Source: a bacterium
GTDB lineage: Bacteria; Planctomycetota; UBA8108; UBA1146
Reading direction: 5' to 3'
NCBI GenBank assembly: GCA_029976805.1
Contig: JAPOLY010000003.1
Coordinates: forward strand, 10,223-74,222
DNA length: 64,000 nucleotides
Shown: in pieces, positions 28,618-38,527 of the stretch
How positions within the stretch are numbered: the first letter of the stretch is position 1
Layout of the letters: each line of letters starts with the position of its first letter
The notes under the pieces: generated by a model
What the model was told of the DNA's origin: nothing
Databases searched by the model: none
What the model saw: only the letters and a program-made list of their open reading frames with translations
Made by a program: the position numbers and the translations under genes

Positions 28618-29570
28618 GATTCCTCCCCACCTGGCACAGGGGCGACAGAATCGGAGCCGGTCCATTCGAGAAAGAGGGACTCGAGGGTGGCAGGCTCACT
28701 GCGCAGTTCCATGATCACCCAGCCCTCTTCCAGGGCTTTTTCTCCAATGCGCAAACCCAATGCGGCATCCGACTGAATACTCCAGTGATGCTGATCCCGG
28801 TTCACCGACTGCACTTCAGGCTGTTGGTTAAGCCATTGCGTGACCTTTTTCGCATCCGCAGATGGAGCGAGTTCGAGTTGCCAGCGTCCCGCCTTGCCCA
28901 ATCGCTGGGTCCACGACTCCCGATCCTCCTCCAACCGGATCTTCCCTTTGCTGATCACACAGATCCTGTCACACAACTGCTCCACTTCTCCGAGAACATG
29001 ACTGGAGAGCAGAAGCGTATGATTGCCTCGAAGTTCATCCAGAAGGGCACGGAACTGGGAGATCTGACGCGGATCCAGACCACGAGTGGGTTCGTCGAGA
29101 AGAAGAACCGGAGGATCTCCCAACAGGGCATCCGCCAACCCGATTCTCTGCCGGTAGCCCTGTGAGAGAGTGTCGATGCGTCTCTGCTCCATGTCACTGG
29201 CATTCACCGCTTCGAGAACCCGGCTGACCTCTGCCCTTGCCTGTCTGGAAGGGACATTCTTGATGCCACTGCGAAAGCGCAGAAACTCTGCGACCCGCAG
29301 TTCACCGGGCAATGCCAACTGCTCCGGCAGCACCCCCACCCGGGTGCAAGCGGTCTGGGGATCCCGGAGTAAATCGACCCCATCGACGATGACCCTTTGA
29401 GTTTCCGGGTCTGGCAACAACCAGGTTGTCAAAACCCGGAAGGTGCTGGTCTTGCCAGCACCATTTTCACCGATAAAACCGGTGACGGCTCCGGCTGGAA
29501 CTCTGAATGAGATTCCATCGAGCGCACGGCGGTCTCCGTAGGTAAGGGACAGATCCTCAATTTCAATCAT
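28614..29570 (-). CDS. ABC transporter ATP-binding protein (GldA-like)
   Basis: Walker A GENGAGKT, LSQGYRQR signature, Walker B LLLDEP. Start at ATG 29570. Confidence 0.85.
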   Translation of the reverse strand: MIEIEDLSLTYGDRRALDGISFRVPAGAVTGFIGENGAGKTSTFRVLTTWLLPDPETQRVIVDGVDLLRDPQTACTRVGVLPEQLALPGELRVAEFLRFRSGIKNVPSRQARAEVSRVLEAVNASDMEQRRIDTLSQGYRQRIGLADALLGDPPVLLLDEPTRGLDPRQISQFRALLDELRGNHTLLLSSHVLGEVEQLCDRICVISKGKIRLEEDRESWTQRLGKAGRWQLELAPSADAKKVTQWLNQQPEVQSVNRDQHHWSIQSDAALGLRIGEKALEEGWVIMELRSEPATLESLFLEWTGSDSVAPVPGGEES

Positions 29571-29699
29571 CGGTGCAAACGTACTCCCCGAACTGCGGAT
29601 CCGATATGGGACAAAATGGATGAGTCCAGATAGCATAACAGGAATTTTTCGCAGGGGTGGGATTCCCCGCTTGGCTGATTCCAAACCGCCCTGAATCGA

Positions 29700-31229
29700 T
29701 CAATACTGACGGCGCTCCCGCGAGGAGGGAATATCCTCCGCCTCCCGATACTTGGTCACGGTTCTGCGAGAGATTCTGACTCCGGATTTTTCCAGTTCCT
29801 TGACGATCGTCGCGTCACTGAGAGGCTTTTTCGGATCTTCCCCGGCCACCAATTCCTTGATCCGGGCGATGACTCCGCCACGGGACTCTTCAGCTCCATC
29901 ATCGCGAACCGTTCCCCCACTGAAGAGGCTGCGAAGTTCACGCAACATCCCGGGAGACTGGAACCACTTTCCGGAAATGGCCCGGCTCACAGTGGAGACA
30001 TTGACACCGATGGAATCAGCCACGTCCTGCATTCGCATCGGTGCAAGGAAGCGATCTCCCTCACTGAAAAACTCCTGCTGACGGTCCAGAATCTCCTGAG
30101 CCACCCGTTGCAGAGTTGAATTTCGCTGCTGGACAGCCCCCATCAACCACTCTGCGTTCTCGATGTGCTTGCGCAAATACTTGCGCAACTCCGGGTCCTT
30201 CTTGGCACCCTTCAGCAATTCCCGGTAGTGGGGAGAAATCTGCAATCGCGGGGCCGATTGCCCACCGACCTCTGCCCGAAACACTCCTTCCGCATCGCGC
30301 TCAATGAGGATGTCAGGGACGATGCGAGGATTCGCACTCTGAATAAAAGCTCTTCCTGGAATCGGCTCCAGTGAACGGATCACGTCCGCAGCCAACTTGA
30401 TCTCTTCGAGGGTTTTGCCAGTGGTCTTGGCGATCTGTGGAAGACGGTTTTTGGCCAAGTCATCGAGGTGCCAGCGAACCAGCAACTCCTCCAACTGGTT
30501 ATCCGCCGCATCCCTGTGTAACTGAAGGCAAAGGCAATCGATGAGGTTTTCTGCTCCCACACCCGGTGGATCGAGAGACTGCACCATGTGGAGGGCGTCT
30601 TCCCACTCTGCGGAAGATGGGGTGACCTCCTGCCAGCGGGGATCGGTCTCCTCTGACTCCATCCCGGACGCAACCCCTGCTGCGATCTCCTCGAGGGAGT
30701 GGAGTCGCCAACCGCGCTCGTCGAGATTGAAAATGATTTCCTCACAGAGGGCGATCTGGCGCGGACTGAGGATGGTTTTGAGTCGTAGTTGGAAAATCAG
30801 ATGCTCTGCCAGAGTTTCCGAGGGGCCCTCGACATGGTCCACCCATTCAAATTCGTCCTCGCCACTTCCGAGAGAAGACTTTCGGGCAGGAGTCGATTCC
30901 GCCCAGAAATCGGCCTGCTGCAGTTCTCGCAGTTGTTCGTATCTCTCCCCCAGATCGACCAGTTCATCCACTTCGGGTCGGGTTTGATCGAGGTCAAAAA
31001 TCTCTCCATCGGTCTCAATCTCGATTTCGGTACTGGAACCGCCGTCAGTCGCCTCGCCATCCCCATCCGCTTCCGAGCGCTCGAGAGCGACGTTGGATTC
31101 CAGCTCGTCATTGATTCTCTCTTCCAGTTGCTGCTGGTTGAGAACCAGAATCTCCATCGACTGGATCATTTGCGGAGAAAGGATCTGCTTCTGTGTCTGT
31201 TGCTGGAAAAGGCCGGTATCCAGACGCAT
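29700..31229 (-). CDS. rpoN: RNA polymerase sigma-54 factor
   Basis: N-terminal Gln/Leu-rich region I, a C-terminal HTH and the RpoN box (ARRTVTKYRE). Confidence 0.9.
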   Translation of the reverse strand: MRLDTGLFQQQTQKQILSPQMIQSMEILVLNQQQLEERINDELESNVALERSEADGDGEATDGGSSTEIEIETDGEIFDLDQTRPEVDELVDLGERYEQLRELQQADFWAESTPARKSSLGSGEDEFEWVDHVEGPSETLAEHLIFQLRLKTILSPRQIALCEEIIFNLDERGWRLHSLEEIAAGVASGMESEETDPRWQEVTPSSAEWEDALHMVQSLDPPGVGAENLIDCLCLQLHRDAADNQLEELLVRWHLDDLAKNRLPQIAKTTGKTLEEIKLAADVIRSLEPIPGRAFIQSANPRIVPDILIERDAEGVFRAEVGGQSAPRLQISPHYRELLKGAKKDPELRKYLRKHIENAEWLMGAVQQRNSTLQRVAQEILDRQQEFFSEGDRFLAPMRMQDVADSIGVNVSTVSRAISGKWFQSPGMLRELRSLFSGGTVRDDGAEESRGGVIARIKELVAGEDPKKPLSDATIVKELEKSGVRISRRTVTKYREAEDIPSSRERRQY

Positions 31230-31441
31230 TGCATCTCCTTTCAGGGACAGGGTTGAGTGATTCAGGCTCACGGGCATCGGGTGCGGTCTGCACGATCCCA
31301 AAAAAATGGGGTCCAATACCAAAAACGGCCTGAAAGTTGCTCTAGATCCCCTGAAATCGGATTTTTGACACAGTGGCTAAACCGCAAGTCTAGAATTTGG
31401 GGGGATCTAGGACTGTTCTCAATATTACGGCATATTTTATG

Positions 31442-33229
31442 CTAGTCAACCCGGGGAAGCCCCCGCTGCCTCTGGAGGACGATCCTGAGCAATCCTGCGA
31501 GAGTCCAGACTCCTCCGAGAATCGGTGCCCAGCCCTGGGGCCACTCGAGAAAAGGTCCTTTCCGAATCTGCGGGTGGCTTCTCAGCCGGACCTGTAATGT
31601 TCCCGTGTCACCGATCTCCTCTTCCAATACGATTTCCCCCGCAGACTCGATGGTCTGCCAAGTGGGTTCGTCCCAATAGTTTCGGTAGGCGAGAAAGGTC
31701 TGCTGACCAAAGGCCTGCGGATCGAACGCCACCGTCAGGCCCGCATTGGTGCATCTCAAAAGAGGCAGGGATGATTCGAGCGACCTTGATCTCTGCAGCT
31801 GAAGGTGCTGTGCCGGTTCCAGAAAATTACCGTACCAAAGATCCTCCGTGACATTGACGTGCCACTGTGCCCCCGACTCCTGAAGCCCGCGGCTCGTCCC
31901 GGGGAGCAGTCCCTCATAACAGATGGAAACTCCGAATCCGTTTTCGGATGAACCCAGGTCGAAGACGATGGGCCGATCCCCGGCCACAAGCCCCGTGATG
32001 GGCGGCTTCCAGCCGAGCGCCTCAAAAATCGATTCCCCGGGAATTCTTTCGCCGAAAGGAACCAGATCCTTTTTGAATCCGAGCTGAACCGAATAATCCC
32101 GGACTCCCGACCCACTCCTGACAGGCTCAATCAGGGCCACGGCATTGGCAAACCCCTCCGCCGTCTCCACCATCACTCCCGAAAGAAGAGGCTGGTCGAA
32201 ATCCGCCATTTTTGCCCATCGCCGGAGACTACCCGCATCGTGAACCCCCGGAATCATGCCCTCAGGAAAAACGGTGAGGTATCGCACGTTCGAGTTTTCA
32301 GGATCTCCCCCTCGATTTGCGATTCTTTCGACAAAGTGAAGCTCCGATATCAGTGCTTCGTTCAACTCGTTCCACTTGGACCCGTGACGGTCTTCGAGGG
32401 GGATCGCTGGCTGTACCAGAGAAACCACGACCTCCGGGCCCGCTTCGTGAAGCTGGGGAGAGGAGCCCCGGTTCGGCAGGGGAAGCAGGGTCAGAGAGGC
32501 GACGGCCAGTCCCGGAATCAGCAGCCAGACCCGGCTCAGGGTGACCACCCTTTGACGCCGATCAAAGAAATCAAAGACCAGCGGAAAACTGTGCGCCGCC
32601 AGAAAGCCACTTCCGGCAATCACCAGGCTGGCCACTTCGACTCCCCATTGCCTCAGCAGGACCCAACCCATCGAAGGCTCGGGGGTTGCCAGACCTGACC
32701 CCACAGACCAGGGAAACAGACGCGGCCAGTACTGCTCGTAAAGAGCGACAAAAATGATGATCCCGAGACATTTCCAGATTCTCTGTCGCGCCCCGGACGC
32801 CTCGGGAGCAAGGCTGACCAGAGCGAGGCAGAAACCCCAACCCAGAGACGAAAGTGGCCACCAGACCAGAAACAGGCCAATTCCCGCCGCCCACGCACTC
32901 AACGACCCGGGGTCGTCGAGAACAAAAATCCCGAGGTAGTTTTTGGCTGCCAGAGTGATCCACGGCAGGGATGCCCCCTGAACCCCCAGGCCAAAAACCC
33001 AGCCCAGCAGGAGAGAGCGGCGAAATCCACAGCGATCCGTCGCCAGAGCAAGAATCATGAACGCCAGGGGCATCAGGAATGCAAGCCCCCAGGGGTCGAA
33101 ACCCAGAGGGATCATGATGCCGGCACTCGCCGAGAGAATCAGCGGCAGACGCAGGGAATCAGGGGCTTCAGAGCCCCCCTCCGGCTTCGCCGGTGAGGCT
33201 CCCGAGCTGTTCTGAGGCAAACGGATCAT
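31442..33229 (-). CDS. lnt: Apolipoprotein N-acyltransferase
   Basis: Multi-TM N-terminal half plus a CN-hydrolase domain with the catalytic-Cys context ICYE. Confidence 0.78.
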   Translation of the reverse strand: MIRLPQNSSGASPAKPEGGSEAPDSLRLPLILSASAGIMIPLGFDPWGLAFLMPLAFMILALATDRCGFRRSLLLGWVFGLGVQGASLPWITLAAKNYLGIFVLDDPGSLSAWAAGIGLFLVWWPLSSLGWGFCLALVSLAPEASGARQRIWKCLGIIIFVALYEQYWPRLFPWSVGSGLATPEPSMGWVLLRQWGVEVASLVIAGSGFLAAHSFPLVFDFFDRRQRVVTLSRVWLLIPGLAVASLTLLPLPNRGSSPQLHEAGPEVVVSLVQPAIPLEDRHGSKWNELNEALISELHFVERIANRGGDPENSNVRYLTVFPEGMIPGVHDAGSLRRWAKMADFDQPLLSGVMVETAEGFANAVALIEPVRSGSGVRDYSVQLGFKKDLVPFGERIPGESIFEALGWKPPITGLVAGDRPIVFDLGSSENGFGVSICYEGLLPGTSRGLQESGAQWHVNVTEDLWYGNFLEPAQHLQLQRSRSLESSLPLLRCTNAGLTVAFDPQAFGQQTFLAYRNYWDEPTWQTIESAGEIVLEEEIGDTGTLQVRLRSHPQIRKGPFLEWPQGWAPILGGVWTLAGLLRIVLQRQRGLPRVD

Positions 33230-33476
33230 TCAGGTCCCCCGGATTCCCTGCTGAGGCCCATAGGGCTGCTCTGCGAAGATCCTGCGTCCTCGGGCCGATC
33301 CTGTCCAGTGATCAAAAGTGGCTCCCCACGGAATCCAATCCAATCTCCCGCTTCCCTTGCCAGCCCATCCGGTTTCCCCTACAATTCCTGTTTGCCGTTG
33401 ATTTTACGGAATCAACATTCCACCCCGGTGGAGTCCCCGGGCCTATTTGGCCCCGGTGGTCGGCAAATCAACCCCA

Positions 33477-33512
33477 GAGTTGACACATTGATTTGATACG
33501 TAGATTCGAGAG
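33477..33512 (+). promoter_or_regulatory. Candidate sigma-70-type promoter for rpsU (TTGACA ... TAGATT)
   Basis: ttgacacattgatttgatacgtagatt sits ~15-45 nt upstream of the S21 TTG start. The -35 is perfect and the -10 matches 4/6, but the spacing is ~15-16 nt. Confidence 0.35.
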
Positions 33513-33525
33513 AAAGAGGACTGCA

Positions 33526-33753
33526 TTGATTCGAGTGACACTCCGTAGCGGAGAAACTCCCGAAAAGTTGCTTCAGCGCTTCAAGAGAACCGTCGCCAAA
33601 GAGGGACTTCTCAAGGAAATCAAGAAGAGAAGCTTTTACGAAAAGCCCTCCGAGGAAAAGCGTCGCAAGCAGCGAGAGTTTGAAAAGTTGATGCGCAAAA
33701 AAGATCGCAAGATCAGTATCAAGGAAACTCGCAGAAAGCATCGTCGTCGCTGA
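33526..33753 (+). CDS. rpsU: 30S ribosomal protein S21
   Basis: LQRFKRTVAKEGLLKEIKKRSFYEKPSEEKRRK matches the S21 core. TTG start 5 nt after AGGA. The longer upstream ORF extension is not supported. Confidence 0.78.
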   Translation: MIRVTLRSGETPEKLLQRFKRTVAKEGLLKEIKKRSFYEKPSEEKRRKQREFEKLMRKKDRKISIKETRRKHRRR

Positions 33754-33963
33754 GCCTCTTGGACAGCAGATCACCCGCGTAATGTGATCCCTGCCAGCGA
33801 GCTCTACGACGATGAGTTCGCAGGCGCTGATCCTCCTGTCATGGAGAAATGATTGCGTTGGTCCGGGTGATAAGGGGCGAACTTCTCCCCTGCCTGTCCC
33901 CGAAAACCTATTGTCGCCCCACCTTGATCCGAATGAGATCCGATTGATTCGAGAGGCCTACAG

Positions 33964-35169
33964 ATGAGCAAGTATGGACTCTGGCTCATCGGTGCCCGCG
34001 GGGGTGTGGCCACCACTGTGATTGCCGGTCTCGCGGCACTCTCCCGAAAACTGGTCCCCAACACTGGATTGATCACAGACCATCCGGAGTTCGCCCACTG
34101 CGGTTTACCCGAAGCGGATCAATGGCTGATTGGTGGACACGAGATTCGCCAGGGGCAGCTCGTCGACAGTGCACGCTCCATCGAGGCCGATTCCGGCAGT
34201 CTCCCCCTACCCCTGATCGAAATGATCCAGCCGGAGTTCCAACAGGCAGACCAGAGGATTCGACCCGGTGTTCTGATCAATCCTGATGACGCAATTCGTA
34301 ATCTGGACGACTTTTCAGAATCCCTCTCACCCAAGGAAGCGTTGGAGAGAATCACAAGAGACCTGACTTCGTTCACCGAGGAAAATGGTCTGAGTGGTCT
34401 CGTCATCGCCAATCTCTCTTCGACGGAAGCTCCTCTGGAAGATCACCCCGCCCACCAGTCTGCGAGTGCATTGCAGGAAGCTCTCGATCAGGGAGACGAT
34501 TCGGCTTTCCGTTCGAGCACCATTTACGCCATGGCTGCAGCAGCAGTCGGCGCTGCCTACATCAACTTTACTCCTTCCACTTCAGCACTGATTCCCGCAA
34601 CCCGTGAACTGCTGGAGAAAGCCGGCTGTGCCTACTGCGGCAGTGATGGCAAAACGGGAGAGACCCTCGTCAAATCAGCACTAGCCCCCATGTTCGCCCA
34701 GAGGGCACTCCAAGTGATGAGTTGGCAAAGTTACAACATGCTCGGTGATCGGGATGGCGAAGTTCTGGCCCATGAAGAAAACAAAAGCAGCAAGCTCGCT
34801 TCCAAGGGTGAACTGATTCATGAAATCCTCGGAGAAGATGTTCACAGTCAGGTTCGCATCGATTACGTCCCCAGCCTGGGCGACAACAAAACCGCCTGGG
34901 ACCTGATTCACTTCAAAGGATTCCTCGGCCACCGCATGACGATGCAGTTCACCTGGCAAGGGTGCGATGCGATCCTCGCCGCCCCCCTGGTCATCGACCT
35001 CGCCCGACTGATGGCTGGTTCCCAGGGCCGGGGTGAATCGGGGCTTCAGAAACACTGTGGGATCTTCTTTAAAAGCCCGATCGATTCCTCGATCCACGCC
35101 CTCTCGTCACAATTCGATGAACTGATTGAGAAGGCCCGAATCTGGTCAGGCTCCTCCACATCTGAGTAA
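33964..35169 (+). CDS. myo-Inositol-1-phosphate synthase family (bacterial/archaeal-type)
   Basis: N-terminal WLIGARGGVATTVIAG NAD-binding motif and the SYNMLGDRDG motif (cf. SYNHLGNNDG of MIPS). Confidence 0.75.
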   Translation: MSKYGLWLIGARGGVATTVIAGLAALSRKLVPNTGLITDHPEFAHCGLPEADQWLIGGHEIRQGQLVDSARSIEADSGSLPLPLIEMIQPEFQQADQRIRPGVLINPDDAIRNLDDFSESLSPKEALERITRDLTSFTEENGLSGLVIANLSSTEAPLEDHPAHQSASALQEALDQGDDSAFRSSTIYAMAAAAVGAAYINFTPSTSALIPATRELLEKAGCAYCGSDGKTGETLVKSALAPMFAQRALQVMSWQSYNMLGDRDGEVLAHEENKSSKLASKGELIHEILGEDVHSQVRIDYVPSLGDNKTAWDLIHFKGFLGHRMTMQFTWQGCDAILAAPLVIDLARLMAGSQGRGESGLQKHCGIFFKSPIDSSIHALSSQFDELIEKARIWSGSSTSE

Positions 35170-35302
35170 ACCGGTTTCCCTTATCCCTCAGGCTTGAGCT
35201 TACCGGTGAATCCACTGGTCCCATCGATTGCACGGCGGCTACCGACTCGTGGAACTGCTGTCGATTTCAAAAACACTCCTGAGATCGGCCGGTGTAGCCA
35301 CC

Positions 35303-35346
35303 CAAAAAAAAGAGGCGCCGCTGATAGAGGATATCAGGGGCGCCTC
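35303..35346 (-). terminator. Rho-independent terminator (minus strand): 8-bp GC stem with extended 6-bp helix, followed by U8
   Basis: Plus strand reads AAAAAAAA-GAGGCGCC-g-CTGATA-gagga-TATCAG-gg-GGCGCCTC. On the minus strand this is the hairpin followed by TTTTTTTT. Confidence 0.8.
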
Positions 35347-35603
35347 ATGGGCTCTGAAAGGTGGGATTGCAAATTAATGGATTCTGGTTCGTCTGTCAAC
35401 ACACTTTCCGGAGATTGTATTCTTTACTGTAAGTTAACAATCCATTCCCGGTCAGAAGTTGATACCCAGACAACAAGATTAAATCCTGAAAGGAAGACGC
35501 CAGGAACACGAAATCAGTTCCCGGTTCTTTTTTCTGATCAGTTTAGATTCTGGTCGAAGGGGTCCTTCGATCCCTGAGTGGCAGGGTGATCTTGTCGCCG
35601 GGA

Positions 35604-35993
35604 TCAGATCTGGGAGGGAGGGCCGGGCTCTTCCGGCTTGGGGAGAATCTCGGGAACAGCATGGAATGAAACCGTATCCTGAAGAAACTGTCTTAATTCG
35701 GCAGGCAGGAGGATTCGCTCCAACCGCTCCACCACCTGAACTCCGTCGAAAATCAGAATCGTGGGTAGCGATCGGACCTGAAAGCGCTGAACCACTTCCA
35801 CCTGACTCAGTTGAAGTTCGACCTCAATCATCTGCAGGTGATTCTGGAATTCCGGAGAAATAATCGACAGGCTGCGACGCATAAAGTTGCAGGAGGTCAC
35901 CAGAGAACTGCCGAAATGCACCAACTTCAGGCCGCCACTGCGGACGAGATGCGTGTCGAGTTGTTCTGCCTCAATAAATTTGAAATCTGCCAT
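35604..35993 (-). CDS. Thioredoxin-fold protein lacking canonical CxxC (SxxxSC in its place)
   Basis: The pattern KLVHFGSSLVTSC...LPTILIFDG resembles the thioredoxin beta-alpha-beta core. Start at ATG 35993. Confidence 0.5.
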   Translation of the reverse strand: MADFKFIEAEQLDTHLVRSGGLKLVHFGSSLVTSCNFMRRSLSIISPEFQNHLQMIEVELQLSQVEVVQRFQVRSLPTILIFDGVQVVERLERILLPAELRQFLQDTVSFHAVPEILPKPEEPGPPSQI

Positions 35994-36320
35994 TTTTCTC
36001 CCCTTGAACGATAAATAGTAAGATCTCTTCACTCGACATCCGGATCATAACTCTCCCCCCCTCGCCTCGCCCCACTGAGAAGCGTTTCCCGGTACATCGG
36101 TCACAAAAGGTAGGATTCCACCCTTAAAGAGGCAGATCGAATTACCGAAATGGCGTCTAACGTGACTCCCATCGGGTAAAAATCGACAATTTCGCTTCCT
36201 CCGCCACCTTCCGATGAGGGACAATATGCCGAAGGTGTTGTCATGAGTGCGGTTTCAAAATCCCCCAAACCGTGGGCAACACTCCATTGTCTTGTTTGAC
36301 AGAGACCAGGAGATAAGAAG

Positions 36321-37427
36321 ATGTCCTTTGACAAAGCTCGCGTTCTGGAGGAGATCCAGTCCACTCTCACTGAAATCCCCCTCCCCGGATCCCCCGGCAA
36401 CGTGGTTCAGGCAGGATTGATCCAGAGAGTGATCGCCCATGAGGGTGAAATCACCCTCGTTGTGGAATTTCCCCCTGAACTGGTCAACCAGCAAGGCTCG
36501 ATCAGTGAGCGGCTGGAGGAAGAAATCGGGCGCATTGATGGCGTCTCCAAAGTGACAGTCCTCCACAAGAAACCGGAGGATTCCCAAGCCGAATCCGGAG
36601 ATCAGGGCTCACCAGCCCAGGGTGCTCAGGGACCCGGGCCCAATACGGTCGGAGCTCAGGATATTCCCGGGGTCAAACATGTGATCGCCGTCGCCAGTGG
36701 CAAGGGTGGAGTGGGTAAATCCACCGTTGCAGTCAATCTGGCCCTCGCCCTGCAAAAGATCGGCAAGAAAGTCGGGCTTCTCGACGCCGATGTCTACGGT
36801 CCCTCCACACCCAAGATGTTGGGGACCGAGGAAGTTCGCCCCCATGCGACTGAGCGTGAGACGATCCTCCCTATCGAATCCCATGGATTGCAAACGATGT
36901 CCATCGGTTACCTTCTCGAGGAAGACTCCCCTGTGATCTGGCGAGGACCGATGGTCACTGGCCTTCTGCGCCAATTCCTGTTCCAGGTCGAATGGGGTGA
37001 TCTGGACTTCCTTGTCCTCGACCTTCCTCCAGGAACCGGTGACGCACAGCTGACCCTGGTACAGTCCCTGTCTCTCGCAGGCGGTGTCATCGTGACCACT
37101 CCCCAGGATGTGGCACTCCTCGATGTCCAGCGGGGAATCCAGATGTTCCAAAGAACCAGTGTGCCGATTCTCGGTGTCATCGAAAACATGAGCCACTTCG
37201 AATGCCCCCAGTGCCAGCACGTTACCGAGATCTTCCCCGGAACAGGTGGTGAAGAGATTTCCAACCGTTACGGAGTGCCCTTTCTGGGCAAGATTCCTCT
37301 TGAGCCGACAACGGCGCTTCAGGGAGATTCGGGAGTTCCTGTCATGGTCCAGCAGCCGGATGGTGCATTGGCTTCGACGATGCTCTCCATCGCCCACCAA
37401 ATGTCGGAAGCATTGGTTCAAGAATAG
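36321..37427 (+). CDS. apbC: Fe-S cluster carrier ATPase Mrp/ApbC (NBP35 family) with N-terminal DUF59/MIP18-like domain
   Basis: VIAVASGKGGVGKST deviant Walker A and CPxC-like CPQCQ. Strong AGGAGA SD. Confidence 0.9.
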   Translation: MSFDKARVLEEIQSTLTEIPLPGSPGNVVQAGLIQRVIAHEGEITLVVEFPPELVNQQGSISERLEEEIGRIDGVSKVTVLHKKPEDSQAESGDQGSPAQGAQGPGPNTVGAQDIPGVKHVIAVASGKGGVGKSTVAVNLALALQKIGKKVGLLDADVYGPSTPKMLGTEEVRPHATERETILPIESHGLQTMSIGYLLEEDSPVIWRGPMVTGLLRQFLFQVEWGDLDFLVLDLPPGTGDAQLTLVQSLSLAGGVIVTTPQDVALLDVQRGIQMFQRTSVPILGVIENMSHFECPQCQHVTEIFPGTGGEEISNRYGVPFLGKIPLEPTTALQGDSGVPVMVQQPDGALASTMLSIAHQMSEALVQE

Positions 37428-37479
37428 TTCGAGTTCAAAACTCGATCATTTCGTCTGCGAAAGAGTCTGCTGGATTTCG

Positions 37480-38523
37480 TTATCCTGCAGGCTCTTTCGC
37501 ATCGAGCCATGAGCGAACCGCGGCCAAAACCTCTGCAGGCTCAATCGCTGTCATACATTGATGGTGACCCAGTGGGCAGACCTTCTTCTGGCACGGACTG
37601 CACTCGACGTCTTTGCGAATCACCGTCGTCGTCTGAAGAAATGCAGCGGTGTAGTCGGGACTGGTCGGCCCCATCAAAACTACCTGGGGTGTTTGCATTC
37701 CAGCGGCAATATGTCTTGGTCCCGTATCACCGGTAATCAACAGAGCCATCTTTTCAACCAGAACCTTGAGTTCATCGAGGGGCCACAGATCATCTGCAAG
37801 ATTGACGACAGGGCCCGCAATTCTCGACTCCAGATCTCGAGCCAACTCTTCCTCACCGGGACCACAGGTGATAATCAGATCACACCCGTCGACTTCCCTC
37901 AGTTCTCTGGCAACTTCTGCCAGTCGATCGAGTGGCCAGATCTTGGAGGGGCCAAATGCAGCCCCGGGGTGCAATCCGATCCACGGCCTGTCAGGGTCAC
38001 ATGACAGATTTTCCATACGCTTGTGAGCCCTTTGACGACAATCCACGGAAGCGTCCAGTCTTGAGCCAGACCCGTCCCCTTCGACACCCAGGGCGGCCAC
38101 CACTTCGAGATACTCATGGTGCATCGGATAAGCCCTGCGTCCACGAGCCAGCTTCGGCATTTTCAGGGGGTCAGTCAGAAACAGACTTCGCCACTGGCGA
38201 GCCATTCCTATCCTGCGCGGGACACCTGCACGCCAGGTTTCCCAAGCGGTCCTGAAGGAATGGGGAAGAAGAAGGGCGATGTCAAAGCGGCCTTCCCGAA
38301 TCTTCTGAATGTTGGCCTGAACCCTGCCACGACCGGATTCAACCACGATCCAGTGATCAAACAGATTTGCGTCGGCGAGCAGTGGCTGCAGATGCCCACC
38401 ACCCATCAAGGTGATTTGGGAATCGGGAAACCGTGTCCGCAACCCCCGAAGAGCGGGGGTTGCCATGACCGCATCCCCCACCCAGGTAGGAATGCGAACC
38501 AGTATTCTCGGGCCTGCTGGCAA
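37480..38523 (-). CDS. ADP-heptose:LPS heptosyltransferase (GT9 family)
   Basis: N-terminal ILVRIPTWVGDAVMATPAL and a C-terminal GDTGPRHIAAGMQTP, as in the GT9 family. Confidence 0.78.
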   Translation of the reverse strand: MPAGPRILVRIPTWVGDAVMATPALRGLRTRFPDSQITLMGGGHLQPLLADANLFDHWIVVESGRGRVQANIQKIREGRFDIALLLPHSFRTAWETWRAGVPRRIGMARQWRSLFLTDPLKMPKLARGRRAYPMHHEYLEVVAALGVEGDGSGSRLDASVDCRQRAHKRMENLSCDPDRPWIGLHPGAAFGPSKIWPLDRLAEVARELREVDGCDLIITCGPGEEELARDLESRIAGPVVNLADDLWPLDELKVLVEKMALLITGDTGPRHIAAGMQTPQVVLMGPTSPDYTAAFLQTTTVIRKDVECSPCQKKVCPLGHHQCMTAIEPAEVLAAVRSWLDAKEPAG

Positions 38524-38527
38524 ACGA

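Noticed and set aside
31230-31441. Plus-strand TTGACA-N20-TAGAAT in the rpoN-lnt spacer
   Set aside because: It points away from any nearby plus-strand gene (the next plus-strand gene is over 2 kb away) and the spacer is too long, so it is probably fortuitous.
35461-35520. Possible SRP RNA domain IV (cctGAAAGGAAGaCGCC resembling GGAAGGAAGCAGCC)
   Set aside because: Only a partial motif match. The helix-8 symmetric loop and flanking pairing cannot be reconstructed, and the orientation conflicts with the only good terminator.
35194-35577. 127-aa ORF in the AT-rich gap
   Set aside because: Low-complexity translation with no SD and no homology. The region is better explained as non-coding (see finding).
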